A DNA stretch of 62,464 bases, the filler included, from Nemertoderma westbladi (taxonomy: Eukaryota; Animalia; Xenacoelomorpha): assembly GCA_032718475.1 (NCBI GenBank). It is 3 parts of 3 records of this genome, joined end to end, with 100 filler letters (N's around TTAATTAATTAA, not from the genome) between each part and the next. Parts side by side here need not be neighbours in the genome. Positions count along the whole stretch, not along the records: positions 42,849 to 62,464 come from JAUCBJ010004030.1; 2 more parts are not named here. One strand, written 5' to 3'. Under the pieces are notes generated by a model that was not told the DNA's origin, ran no database searches, and worked only from the letters and a program-made list of their open reading frames with translations. Each line of letters starts with the position of its first letter. Positions within the stretch are counted from its first letter, which is position 1. Shown here piece by piece: positions 62,101-62,464 of the stretch. The position numbers were made by a program, and so were the translations under genes.

Positions 62101-62464
62101 AATTGTCAATAGGTTGGTTCTTCTGTCTTATCTATCTTCTGTTGCTCTTGTCGACCTTCTTAACCCCAGCCTGGGTTAACCACTGAGGCACATGGTCCTT
62201 GTTGACCACAACTGACAATATTTCCTCTGGAGGGTTCTCTTTAGGCTGTCGTTGGTTGATTACCTTCTGCTGAGCTTGTCTGCATGGGTACCCATTGGTT
62301 GATTTATCTTCCACCTATCCATTGCCTACAGCGTTGTTGTCTACTGTAAGCGGCCTTTTGATACACCTTAAGCCAGGTGTGCTTTCTGGGTTAGGGCACC
62401 TAAATGCATTCAATTTATGGCACAGGTTTAGTATGTACTAGTTTGCAGATTTGAATTATGAGAT

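Overview
Eukaryotic, AT-rich, repeat-dense animal genomic DNA; probably a bilaterian invertebrate (inferred from spliceosomal introns, CTCF-like and RFX-like motifs and the TE repertoire). There are two artificial 100-bp scaffold joins (19489-19588, 42749-42848). One host gene is clear: a minus-strand CCDC78-like coiled-coil gene with 10 phase-consistent GT-AG exons (28678-37904), a degenerate partial kinesin-motor-like N-terminus and an RFX X-box cluster upstream. The rest is mostly mobile DNA: a young full-length Copia (GalEa-like) LTR element (53738-58904); two diverged BEL/Pao elements with very long Gag N-terminal extensions, one lacking RT and integrase core; a CRE-clade RT+RLE element; several L2/CR1-group and RTE LINE fragments; a Gypsy RT remnant split by a LINE and partly amplified into a 43-bp minisatellite; MITEs; tRNA-derived SINEs; a WD40 pseudogene; and two orphan coding-like blocks. 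A dispersed Helentron/HINE-like repeat family carries ~150-bp monomers, each with an extended CTCF-like site. All calls come from reading the sequence and recalled motifs; no searches were run.
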